Positions 19,055 through 27,017 of a stretch of DNA of 43,587 nucleotides are shown in pieces; the first letter of the stretch is position 1, and each line of letters opens with the position of its first letter. The DNA is from Myxococcota bacterium (GTDB taxonomy: Bacteria; Myxococcota; SpSt-1050), in assembly GCA_049969675.1 (NCBI GenBank), contig JBMFOP010000009.1, forward strand, positions 1 to 43,587, read 5' to 3'. The position numbers and the translations under genes are program-made. A model generated the notes under the pieces. The model did no database searches. It was given only the letters and a program-made list of their open reading frames with translations, and was not told where the DNA came from.

Positions 19055-19285
19055 ATGTCTATTAAGAGAGAAATTAGACAGACCGAGATAAAGAGAAAGA
19101 GAAAAGAAGAGAAGGACATTGCACTTGAACCTAAGGTTAAGAACAACCCCCACCTTGAGGCTGAGATAGAGAGGATAGAGAAAGGGATATTTGAAGAGAT
19201 AAAGGAGATAATAGATAAATTTGAAAAAGAGAGAAGAGAGAAGACCAAATTCAAGATAATATCAGCCCTAAAATCAAAAGGATAA
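19055..19285 (+). CDS. Small hypothetical protein, paralogue of 18647..18925
   Basis: RBS AAGGAG; LEPKVKNNPHLEAEIERIEKGIFEEIKE aligns with LELKAKNNPQLQAKIAEIEKAIFDDIRE. Confidence 0.7.
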   Translation: MSIKREIRQTEIKRKRKEEKDIALEPKVKNNPHLEAEIERIEKGIFEEIKEIIDKFEKERREKTKFKIISALKSKG

Positions 19286-19309
19286 AGTAGATTTGACATC
19301 ATCAAAGTA

Positions 19310-19792
19310 TTGTGCGAGTATAATTTTATGAATTTCTGCAATATAAGGTATTTGAAATTATTTTTCCCCTTACTGATTATAGCATCTCCTTTTACACTAT
19401 TTGCGAAGGACTTATTTATGAGTAGAATTACTATCAAACTCAGCAACTACGCAACACACATCTATATTGAGAAAGATGGCACAATCAAAGACTCCTCTTA
19501 CAAAACGGTCGGATATATAAAAGCGGATGGGACATACAGTGACAGTTCGTATAGAACTAAGGGTTATCTCTCAAAAGACGGAACTATCAGGGATTCTTCA
19601 TATAAGACAATTGGGTATTTTAAGGATAATACCATTAAAGACTTTTCATACAGGGCGATTGGCTATATTAAGTCTGGAACCATTCAGGATTCCTCATATA
19701 GAACAAAGGGCTATGCCGACGGGGCATCATCCACTGATTATAAATATATTGCAGCATATATATTGATATTTGAGCCAGATTTCTTCAAATAA
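19310..19792 (+). CDS. Secreted five-repeat beta-hairpin (beta-flower-like) protein
   Basis: Signal-like segment, then five 16-17 aa repeats YIxxDGTIxDSSYxTxG. The start may be the ATG at 19328. Confidence 0.7.
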   Translation: MCEYNFMNFCNIRYLKLFFPLLIIASPFTLFAKDLFMSRITIKLSNYATHIYIEKDGTIKDSSYKTVGYIKADGTYSDSSYRTKGYLSKDGTIRDSSYKTIGYFKDNTIKDFSYRAIGYIKSGTIQDSSYRTKGYADGASSTDYKYIAAYILIFEPDFFK

Positions 19793-19879
19793 CTAAAACT
19801 ATCACATCTCGTCTAATTTCACTTGACAAAGGCGATTTATTTTAGCAATAAAGCCATTACCACTTTAGGGAGGTAGTGT

Positions 19880-20191
19880 ATGACACTTGAATTTGAATGT
19901 ATAAATTGCGGTGCAGATTTTGAACTGGAATTCAATGATTTACTTGACAAACCGGAGAAATTAAAATGCCCCAACTGCGATATAAGGGCAGATGTTCACG
20001 CTGTTGAGGATATGATGGGCGCACTTGATGATGTATGTGCAAATGTAAAACATATTAGAAGAAAGTTCAGGGTCTCTTTTACCCTTGAGAGCGATGACCT
20101 TCCACCTCCTTATGGACCTGCAGATGAACACGAGGCTGACACTTTTGCAAATGAAAAGATAGAGGAGGAGACGGAGGAGGAAGATGAGTAA
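19880..20191 (+). CDS. Zinc-ribbon protein with acidic tail
   Basis: CINC...CPNC, strong RBS GGAGG, overlaps the lon start. Confidence 0.75.
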   Translation: MTLEFECINCGADFELEFNDLLDKPEKLKCPNCDIRADVHAVEDMMGALDDVCANVKHIRRKFRVSFTLESDDLPPPYGPADEHEADTFANEKIEEETEEEDE

Positions 20192-22592
20192 TGGTGACAC
20201 AGAGGCCAGAAGCCCTGATGTCATAACCCCCACAGCCTCTACGGAAGAGGAGAAGAAGATAGTCCTTTCACAGGGGGAGATACCGGATGTCTTATTTGTG
20301 GTGGTGCTTGAGAACGGGCTTATGTTCCCCGCCATGGTCCTCCCTCTGATACCATCAGATGAAAGGGCCCGTGCTGCCTTTGAGAGTGCAAATGGACAGA
20401 ATAAATTTGTCGCCCTTCTACTTCAAAAAGACCCACACAAAGAAAAGTATGACCCTGAAAATATCCATACAATAGGAACGGCTGGTAAGATTCTTAAGGT
20501 TATAAAACTGCCAGACAATAATATCTCTGTAGTTGTACAGTGTGTGAGTAGAATCAAGGTTGAAAGATTCTTAAAGACCGAACCCGTTCCCATAGTAAAG
20601 ATCAGCCCGTTAATAGATACCTTTGAGAGTACAGATGAAGTTGAGGCTCTGTGGAAGGCACTACAATCCAAAGTTCAGGAATATATTAAGAATAACCCCT
20701 CTATCCCGGATGAACTTGGTATGATAGCCTTAAATATTGAGGGGCCCTCAAGGCTGGCAGATTTTGTTGCTGCCAATCTAAATATCTCTCTCAGCGAAAA
20801 GCAGAAGATTCTGGAGACAATCGATGTTAAAGAGAGGGTCAGGCTCGTACTTGAATACATCACAAAAGAGTTGGAAATCTTAAAGCTCTCAAATAAAATT
20901 CAGGAGGAGATCAGACAGAAGATAGAGAAACATCAGAGGGATTACTTCTTAAGGGAACAATTAAAGGTAATTAGAAGAGAACTTGGTGAAGAGAAAGACG
21001 AGAAATCTCTCAATATAGAGAACTATCAGGAGAAGATTGCAAAGAAGAATCTCCCACAACTCGCAAAAGAGCGCGTGGATGAGGAATTAAGGAGATTATC
21101 ACTTCTTCCACCGGATGCCGCAGAGTACAATGTAATCAAGACCTATCTTGATATAATTCTGGATTTGCCCTGGAATGAGCATACAGAGGAGAATGAAGAT
21201 ATCAGAGTTGCACGGAAGGTCCTTGATGAAGACCATTATGGGCTTGAAGATGTAAAGGAGAGAATAATTGAGTTCCTCTCAATAAAGAGATTAAATCCAT
21301 CCCGAAAAGGAAGTATACTCTGTTTTGCCGGTCCCCCCGGTGTCGGTAAGACCTCAATCGGCAGGTCTATTGCGCGCGCAATGGGGAGAGAATTTTACCG
21401 CTTCTCACTCGGAGGGATGAGGGATGAGGCTGAGATAAAGGGACACAGGAGGACATATATAGGGGCGATGCCGGGTAAGATTATTCAGGCACTAAAGCAG
21501 GTGAAAGTAAATAATCCAGTCATAATGTTAGATGAGATAGATAAACTCGGACACGATTTCAGGGGAGATCCATCTTCAGCACTACTTGAAGTTCTGGACC
21601 CCGAGCAGAATAATAGTTTTTTAGACCATTATCTGGACATACCTTTTGACCTTTCAAAGGTATTTTTTATAGCAACCGCAAATTATAAACAGGATATACC
21701 AGCACCCCTGCTTGATAGAATGGAGGTAATTGATTTCAGGAGCTATATAATTGAAGAGAAGATAAATATAGCAAAGAGATACCTTATACCTAAACAACTT
21801 TCTGAAAATGGGATCAAGGATTACAACATTAAGATGACCGATAAGGCTATCAGAAAGATTATCAAAGATTATACAAGAGAGGCTGGAGTAAGAGGTCTTG
21901 AAAGGGAGATTTCATCTATCTTTAGAAAGGTCGGGACACTTATCGTAGAGAAGAGGAAATTTCCTCACATCATCACAGAGAAGGATGTGGCAAAGTTTCT
22001 TGGAATTGAGCGATTTAGGGATGACACCATTATCAGAACCAGAAAGGCGGGTATAGCAATCGGTCTTGCATGGACACCTGTGGGAGGAGATATACTTGCA
22101 ATTGAATCCACAAAACTCAAAGGAAAAGGTATGTTAAAACTCACAGGAAAGTTAGGAGAGGTTATCTCAGAATCCGCCCAGATAGCCATCAGCTTTATAA
22201 GGGCAAATTGCTCCCGTTTTAATATACCATCAGATATTTTTGAGAAGTACGATATTCATATTCACTTCCCTGCGGGGGCGGTTCCAAAAGACGGACCATC
22301 TGCGGGTGTAACAATTACCTCTGCGTTAATATCTCTATTATATCAGGGAAAGGGGAAAAGACTGCCAGACAAGATTGCAATGACAGGGGAAATTACACTG
22401 ACTGGCGATGTCCTCCCCGTTGGCGGCATAAGGGAAAAACTTGTTGCTGCCCGTTCGTATGGAATTAAGACTGTCTTTATACCACATTCCAATCTAAAAG
22501 ATACAAAGGAGATTCCAGAGGAGGTCATATACGACCTTAAAATAATACCGGTCAAACATTACTTTGATATTTACAAAAGGATTTTCAATTAA
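20184..22592 (+). CDS. lon: ATP-dependent Lon protease
   Basis: GPPGVGKTS, LDEIDK, PKDGPSAG catalytic Ser, VGGIREK catalytic Lys. Confidence 0.98.
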   Translation: MSNGDTEARSPDVITPTASTEEEKKIVLSQGEIPDVLFVVVLENGLMFPAMVLPLIPSDERARAAFESANGQNKFVALLLQKDPHKEKYDPENIHTIGTAGKILKVIKLPDNNISVVVQCVSRIKVERFLKTEPVPIVKISPLIDTFESTDEVEALWKALQSKVQEYIKNNPSIPDELGMIALNIEGPSRLADFVAANLNISLSEKQKILETIDVKERVRLVLEYITKELEILKLSNKIQEEIRQKIEKHQRDYFLREQLKVIRRELGEEKDEKSLNIENYQEKIAKKNLPQLAKERVDEELRRLSLLPPDAAEYNVIKTYLDIILDLPWNEHTEENEDIRVARKVLDEDHYGLEDVKERIIEFLSIKRLNPSRKGSILCFAGPPGVGKTSIGRSIARAMGREFYRFSLGGMRDEAEIKGHRRTYIGAMPGKIIQALKQVKVNNPVIMLDEIDKLGHDFRGDPSSALLEVLDPEQNNSFLDHYLDIPFDLSKVFFIATANYKQDIPAPLLDRMEVIDFRSYIIEEKINIAKRYLIPKQLSENGIKDYNIKMTDKAIRKIIKDYTREAGVRGLEREISSIFRKVGTLIVEKRKFPHIITEKDVAKFLGIERFRDDTIIRTRKAGIAIGLAWTPVGGDILAIESTKLKGKGMLKLTGKLGEVISESAQIAISFIRANCSRFNIPSDIFEKYDIHIHFPAGAVPKDGPSAGVTITSALISLLYQGKGKRLPDKIAMTGEITLTGDVLPVGGIREKLVAARSYGIKTVFIPHSNLKDTKEIPEEVIYDLKIIPVKHYFDIYKRIFN

Positions 22593-22870
22593 GAATTCCC
22601 AGCCTTAATTTCTCAAAATCAACATATTATATAACAGAATATGAAACAAAAATAATTTTTCTTTCATTGCTTTTCAAAATAATCTGCTTTGAAAGGTTAA
22701 ATGTTTGTAAAATAAGGGCCTTAGAGGGATAAATCCATATTCTCAAAATCAGGTTACCTCAATTCTCTTCACAATCAATTAAAAGGCTCTCCAAAATTTA
22801 ATATATCTTTGCTCTGCATCAATCACATCTGGTGGAGTCTCTAAGGGGTTATTCATTCCCAAAAATTCTT

Positions 22871-22895
22871 GTATGCTAAACCCCGTTTGAAATCT
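22871..22895. repeat. 25-bp dispersed repeat B, copy 1
   Basis: GTATGCTAAACCCCGTTTGAAATCT matches 42450-42474 at 23/25. Confidence 0.7.
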
Positions 22896-22964
22896 ATTGC
22901 TGCTAATTTCCCTCAATGACTAAAATCACTTTGCTCCCTTACCAACCTTTGTCTCTATTACCGC

Positions 22965-23007
22965 TATCTAAGAGGTCTAAAATTAAAATTTGTTTTGGAG
23001 AGATGTG
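22965..23007. repeat. 43-bp dispersed repeat A, copy 1
   Basis: TATCTAAGAGGTCTAAAATTAAAATTTGTTTTGGAGAGATGTG matches 41227-41269 at 39/43. Confidence 0.85.
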
Positions 23008-23239
23008 AACATATTATCGGTATGAAAACATATACTCACCTTGTTGGGAAGGGCCTCACATCAAGTAGTTCAAGCATCTTATTTATATCAGTTGTGGGGA
23101 GATTAGCCTATCCAGAATTCTACTGCTGTCATAAATTGGGTATAAGCAGACGGCCTTTGTTTGATGTCTCTCGGCCTTTATTATACAAAAACTGGGTCTC
23201 CAAAAATCCTGATTTTCGGGAGATGAATCAGATTACTGT

Positions 23240-23713
23240 TTAGTCAAAAATCCTTTCTATGTGTTTCTCCAGATCTGATGGTATCTCTGCATCCCTGTAT
23301 CTTATCACCCCTTTTCTGCTTATGACGATATGGGTAGGTGTTCCCACTACCCCAAATGCCCTGATTATCCTTCCGTCTCTGTCAAAGACATTCTTAAAAT
23401 CCATACCATTAGACTTGACAAATAGCCTGACATTTTTAAGCCTCTCGTTTATCCCTACATTGATGCCTATAAACTCAATCTTATTACGCAGCTTCTTATA
23501 TAGCTCCACCACACGGGGAAGCTCTGCCTTGCAATTGGGGCACCATGTCGCCCAGAAGATGATATAAACAGGCTTTTTGTCTTTAAAGTCTGAATATCTT
23601 AATTCCTTGCCATCCAGGGTTACAGTCGTGAAATCAGGTGCTATGTCACCGACATCTAAGGCATAGGCAGTTAAAGGTAGCAGCAATACAAATATGGAAA
23701 AGATTTTTTTCAT
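23240..23713 (-). CDS. TlpA/ResA-family thiol-disulfide reductase
   Basis: Signal peptide, GD.APDF, FWATWCPNC, GTPT; ATG at 23713 after GGAGG. Confidence 0.9.
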   Translation of the reverse strand: MKKIFSIFVLLLPLTAYALDVGDIAPDFTTVTLDGKELRYSDFKDKKPVYIIFWATWCPNCKAELPRVVELYKKLRNKIEFIGINVGINERLKNVRLFVKSNGMDFKNVFDRDGRIIRAFGVVGTPTHIVISRKGVIRYRDAEIPSDLEKHIERIFD

Positions 23714-24105
23714 ATCAACAGTCCTCCAGCCTTTAACAGGAAATATTCTCCAAATCCAAAAAGAAATAAAGCGAGCCCTTTCTTGATCCATACCATCCAC
23801 CCCCCGGGTTTAGGTAATGTCTTGAGGATACCTGATGATGTCCCCACAACAACGAGCAATAATGACATACCCGGCGAGAAGGCTAACATCATTGAGCCTC
23901 CAAGAATCATGTCTTTTGTGGTTGATATGTAAATCAGAAGACCTGCAAGCACAGGTGATGTGCATGGTGCTGCCACAACGCCTGATAACATCCCTGTGAT
24001 AAATGCCCCGATGTAACCTTTCTTGTTTGATGTCCTGCCCCTTGAAAATAACGGGATATTTATCCACTCCATCATCCATGCACCGAGAACAAGGCAGAGG
24101 TTACC
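23710..24105 (-). pseudogene. 5'-truncated CcdA/DsbD-type cytochrome c biogenesis protein
   Basis: Contains only the second Cys motif (AAPCTSPVL) and LPKPGGWM; the N-terminal half with the first PC motif is replaced by unrelated sequence. Confidence 0.75.
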
Positions 24106-24230
24106 AAATGATTCCTCTTCTTCTACCATCAATGCCCCAAATTTGTCCACAGGTGTAGGTTTGTAAAAAAGCTGGACGCATCAACTGAGATTATAAGATA
24201 TTATAATTATGGCAGTTTTGCAATTAAAAA

Positions 24231-24259
24231 TTGACTTTAAGAGATATTTTTCCTAAAAT
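24231..24259 (+). promoter_or_regulatory. Putative sigma70 promoter
   Basis: TTGACT-17 bp-TAAAAT, followed by RBS AGGAGG and the GTG at 24286. Confidence 0.55.
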
Positions 24260-24285
24260 ATATATAATTTCAGGAGGTAAGAGAA

Positions 24286-25689
24286 GTGAAAAAATCTATT
24301 TTATTATGCCTATTTGCAATATTACTATTGGATGCCTGCTCCTCTGAAAATGGAGGCTCAACAGATATATCCGGAGATACATCATCTGATGCAATCAATC
24401 TGGATGTAAAACAATATGATACAATGCCATATCCTGAAGATATTGTTATAAGTGAGGATAGAGGCATTACAGATGAGATATATGACATAAGCGGGGAAGA
24501 TTCAAAAGATGTATGGGGTGAAGATTATGAGAATGAAGACAATGAATGGTTAGATGATGGAGGGACTGATATAGATAGAGAAGATGCTGGCGACAATGAT
24601 GTTGATACAGGTGGCAGTGAAAATATTAAAATTATGACGATTGGTGATGAGAATAATGAGGAAGGAACCGCGGCATTTTATTATAACAGTGAGATCTTTA
24701 TCACAGGGACTTCATATTATCAGGATTATAATAGTTCTGATTTATTTATTGCAAGAGTAAATGAGAAGACCTTAAAAAGCAAACTTGATTATATGGAATT
24801 TGATATTGGCCTTGGTATCTCTGTTGTAGATGGTATTATTTATATAGGAGGATACACGGGTTCATCAGGTTCATTTAAGGGGTTATTTGCACTATTCAAT
24901 CAATATCTTGAGCCTATAGAACAACACACATACACAGAAGACAATAAGGGAGTTCAGTTTTTTGCTATGAAGAATATAAGCAATTATACATTTGCACTGG
25001 CTGGCTTTGTAACAGGAAGTGACAATGACGCTGCAATCTATATAGTGGATGATGCCGGGAACATCAAGAATAAAGTAGTATTCAATAAAAATATGGACCA
25101 GGAATTCTACTCTATAGATGTGGACGAATATGGAAATATTGCAGCCGCTGGCATAGATGTTGTTGATAATGTAAACTTTGTGGATGTCTATACAGTCAAA
25201 CTGGATAAGGATCTGAATATATTATGGGAGAAGAGGCTCGGTTCAAAGGAGTTAGATGGGGCATATAATGTAAAGATTTTGAGAGATGGAAGCGTACTGG
25301 TAGCTGGATATACAGAGAAAGATAAGAATATTTCAAGGCGAGATGGGTACTTGATTTTATATGACAAGGATGGGAATCTCGTTTGGGATAAGAGATATGG
25401 CTCATCAAATGACGATGAAATCAAGGTGGTATATGAGGATGAAAATGGTGACATCATTGCAGTAATGATTAGCAATATATATGACCCATTCTCTTCAACT
25501 GGTGATGTGGTGTTATTGAAGATTGACAGAGACGGAGAAATTGTAAATTCTGAATTCCTGACATCGGATGCAATAATCAATGACATTGTAAAGATAGATA
25601 ATGATTACCTCTTAATAGGCACATATTATGACCCGCCTCCAGGGCAGGGTGATAGCGATGTGCTCTTGATAAAGGTAAGCAATTTTTAA
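24286..25689 (+). CDS. Lipoprotein with Asp-rich linker and beta-propeller domain
   Basis: Lipobox LLDAC, acidic linker, repeated W.K..G...D...DG...AG blades. Confidence 0.75.
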   Translation: MKKSILLCLFAILLLDACSSENGGSTDISGDTSSDAINLDVKQYDTMPYPEDIVISEDRGITDEIYDISGEDSKDVWGEDYENEDNEWLDDGGTDIDREDAGDNDVDTGGSENIKIMTIGDENNEEGTAAFYYNSEIFITGTSYYQDYNSSDLFIARVNEKTLKSKLDYMEFDIGLGISVVDGIIYIGGYTGSSGSFKGLFALFNQYLEPIEQHTYTEDNKGVQFFAMKNISNYTFALAGFVTGSDNDAAIYIVDDAGNIKNKVVFNKNMDQEFYSIDVDEYGNIAAAGIDVVDNVNFVDVYTVKLDKDLNILWEKRLGSKELDGAYNVKILRDGSVLVAGYTEKDKNISRRDGYLILYDKDGNLVWDKRYGSSNDDEIKVVYEDENGDIIAVMISNIYDPFSSTGDVVLLKIDRDGEIVNSEFLTSDAIINDIVKIDNDYLLIGTYYDPPPGQGDSDVLLIKVSNF

Positions 25690-25715
25690 TAAGTGTTATG
25701 CTGTAAAAAGGAGAG

Positions 25716-25788
25716 TGACCCCACCGGGAGTCGAACCCGGGTCTTAGCCGTGAGAGGGCTACGTCCTAGGCCACTAGACGATGGGGCC
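25716..25788 (-). tRNA. tRNA-Glu (CTC)
   Basis: GGCCCCA acceptor stem, anticodon arm TAGCC-CT-CTC-AC-GGCTA, GGTTCGA T-loop; CCA not encoded. Confidence 0.96.
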
Positions 25789-26206
25789 ATATATTGGCTG
25801 GGAGACTAGGATTCGAACCTAGATAGACGGATCCAGAGTCCGTCGTCCTGCCGTTAGACGATCTCCCAGTATCTTCTCTCGGAATGATAAATATACGAGT
25901 CTCACCCTTATGCTCGTATATGTTTATACCCTCCCACTTTGAGGAAGGGTTATTATTCTTGATATGAATCGCCCGCAGGTCCGACCTTATAATAATCTTC
26001 TTAAATTCGTAATTCTGGTTTGCACCCACAAGCCTCTTATAAAACTTTATAGTCTCCGCATAATTTCTGGGGCTCTTATACCTGCAACTCTCCACCTTCA
26101 CCGCACCATCTGGCAGTGGAGCCACACTACAACTATCCTTCTCTGCCGGGAAGGCATAACCATAAAGCATGAGCATTATAGCTATGTAGAAATAGAACTT
26201 CAACAT
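25766..26206 (-). CDS. Secreted hypothetical protein whose frame runs through the tRNA genes
   Basis: Signal peptide followed by a globular region (LPDGA.KV...RY.SPR....T.KFY...WEGINIYE....RIFIIP); upstream TTGACC-17 bp-TATATC promoter. Confidence 0.7.
   Translation of the reverse strand: MLKFYFYIAIMLMLYGYAFPAEKDSCSVAPLPDGAVKVESCRYKSPRNYAETIKFYKRLVGANQNYEFKKIIIRSDLRAIHIKNNNPSSKWEGINIYEHKGETRIFIIPREDTGRSSNGRTTDSGSVYLGSNPSLPANIWPHRLVA
25795..25868 (-). tRNA. tRNA-Gln (CTG)
   Basis: TGGGAGA acceptor stem, anticodon arm ACGGA-CT-CTG-GA-TCCGT, GGTTCGAATCC, encoded CCA. Confidence 0.96.
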
Positions 26207-26305
26207 AGGAAGGGCAGATATATACTTACATTCCAGAAAGGTCAAGAAAAAATTATAATTTATAACTTGATTTTTTCATTTATTAATTGTAATGTTAATA
26301 CTGCT

Positions 26306-26602
26306 ATGGGGACGAGTAATATATTTGATATAACTGTATTAGGACAGAAACTCAAGATTGCCACTGATAGTGATGCCGAGCACATCAATACAGTCGTAAA
26401 TTTTGTAGAAAAGAAATTTGATGAGGCAAAAAACAGCATCAAAGGTATAAATACTCAGAGCCTCCTGATAATGACTCTACTTAATGTGGCGGACGAATTG
26501 ATCAAACTCAGAAAGAATAAGGCTCAGGAGATTGATAATATGATTTCAAAGATGCGTAGAATCTTAGAGGTTGTTGAATCAGATGATAACCAGAGAGCAT
26601 AG
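26306..26602 (+). CDS. zapA: Cell division protein ZapA
   Basis: ITVLGQ.L.I...LLNVADEL followed by a coiled coil; position upstream of 6S RNA and rny. Confidence 0.85.
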   Translation: MGTSNIFDITVLGQKLKIATDSDAEHINTVVNFVEKKFDEAKNSIKGINTQSLLIMTLLNVADELIKLRKNKAQEIDNMISKMRRILEVVESDDNQRA

Positions 26603-26606
26603 ACTA

Positions 26607-26789
26607 TCCCCTGCCGTGCAGGTAAGAGGTACACTGTTTGTGAACCAACATCACAGAGTCAGGGAATGCCCTCTGTTCGTGGTGTGCAGGCCCACCCTGA
26701 GTGGGAAGCCTAAAGCGAATATCGGCGTGCCCACCTATCATTATGATAGGTTCCATAATGGGTATCTCTACGGCACATATGGCGGGGGT
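26607..26789 (+). ncRNA. ssrS: 6S RNA
   Basis: About 183 nt; 5' CCCCTGCCGTG pairs with 3' TATGGCGGGG; contains TGAACC...GGTTC; canonical position after zapA. Confidence 0.88.
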
Positions 26790-26803
26790 CTTTTTAATAA
26801 TTC

Positions 26804-26824
26804 GCCTGATTCTTTTCAGGCTTT
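26804..26824 (+). terminator. Short hairpin/terminator after 6S RNA
   Basis: GCCTGA-TTCTTT-TCAGGC followed by TTT. Confidence 0.4.
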
Positions 26825-26852
26825 ACATATATATTGTATTTAGGGAGTTTTA

Positions 26853-26991
26853 GCGTAAGAAGATAAGATACCTGAAAAAAGGTTAACAATAATTAGATGA
26901 AGGTCTTTGAGAGAACAGGAACATTTAGATTGTTGTTGAAAAATCTGATTAAGAAATAATATTTACCTTTCAGGGTCTCTTATCTCTTCGC
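26853..26991 (+). other. Long imperfect inverted repeat (candidate structured RNA) upstream of rny
   Basis: The 5' arm GCGTAAGAAGATAAGATACCTGAAAAAAGGT pairs with the 3' arm ACCTTTCAGGGTCTCTTATCTCTTCGC. Confidence 0.6.
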
Positions 26992-27017
26992 AAATTTTTT
27001 AATTGACATAAAGGAGG

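Noticed and set aside
22995..23243. 82-aa plus-strand ORF
   Set aside because: TTG start inside the 43-bp repeat, no RBS, no recognisable motif.
23714..23800. Extended start of tlpA
   Set aside because: Overlaps ccdA in another frame; the RBS and signal peptide point to 23713.
25964..26305. N-terminal extension of the 212-aa ORF containing zapA
   Set aside because: Antisense to the 25766..26206 CDS and crosses the divergent promoter; ZapA similarity begins at the ATG at 26306.
26571..26843. 90-aa ORF
   Set aside because: Coincides with the 6S RNA and shows no protein features.
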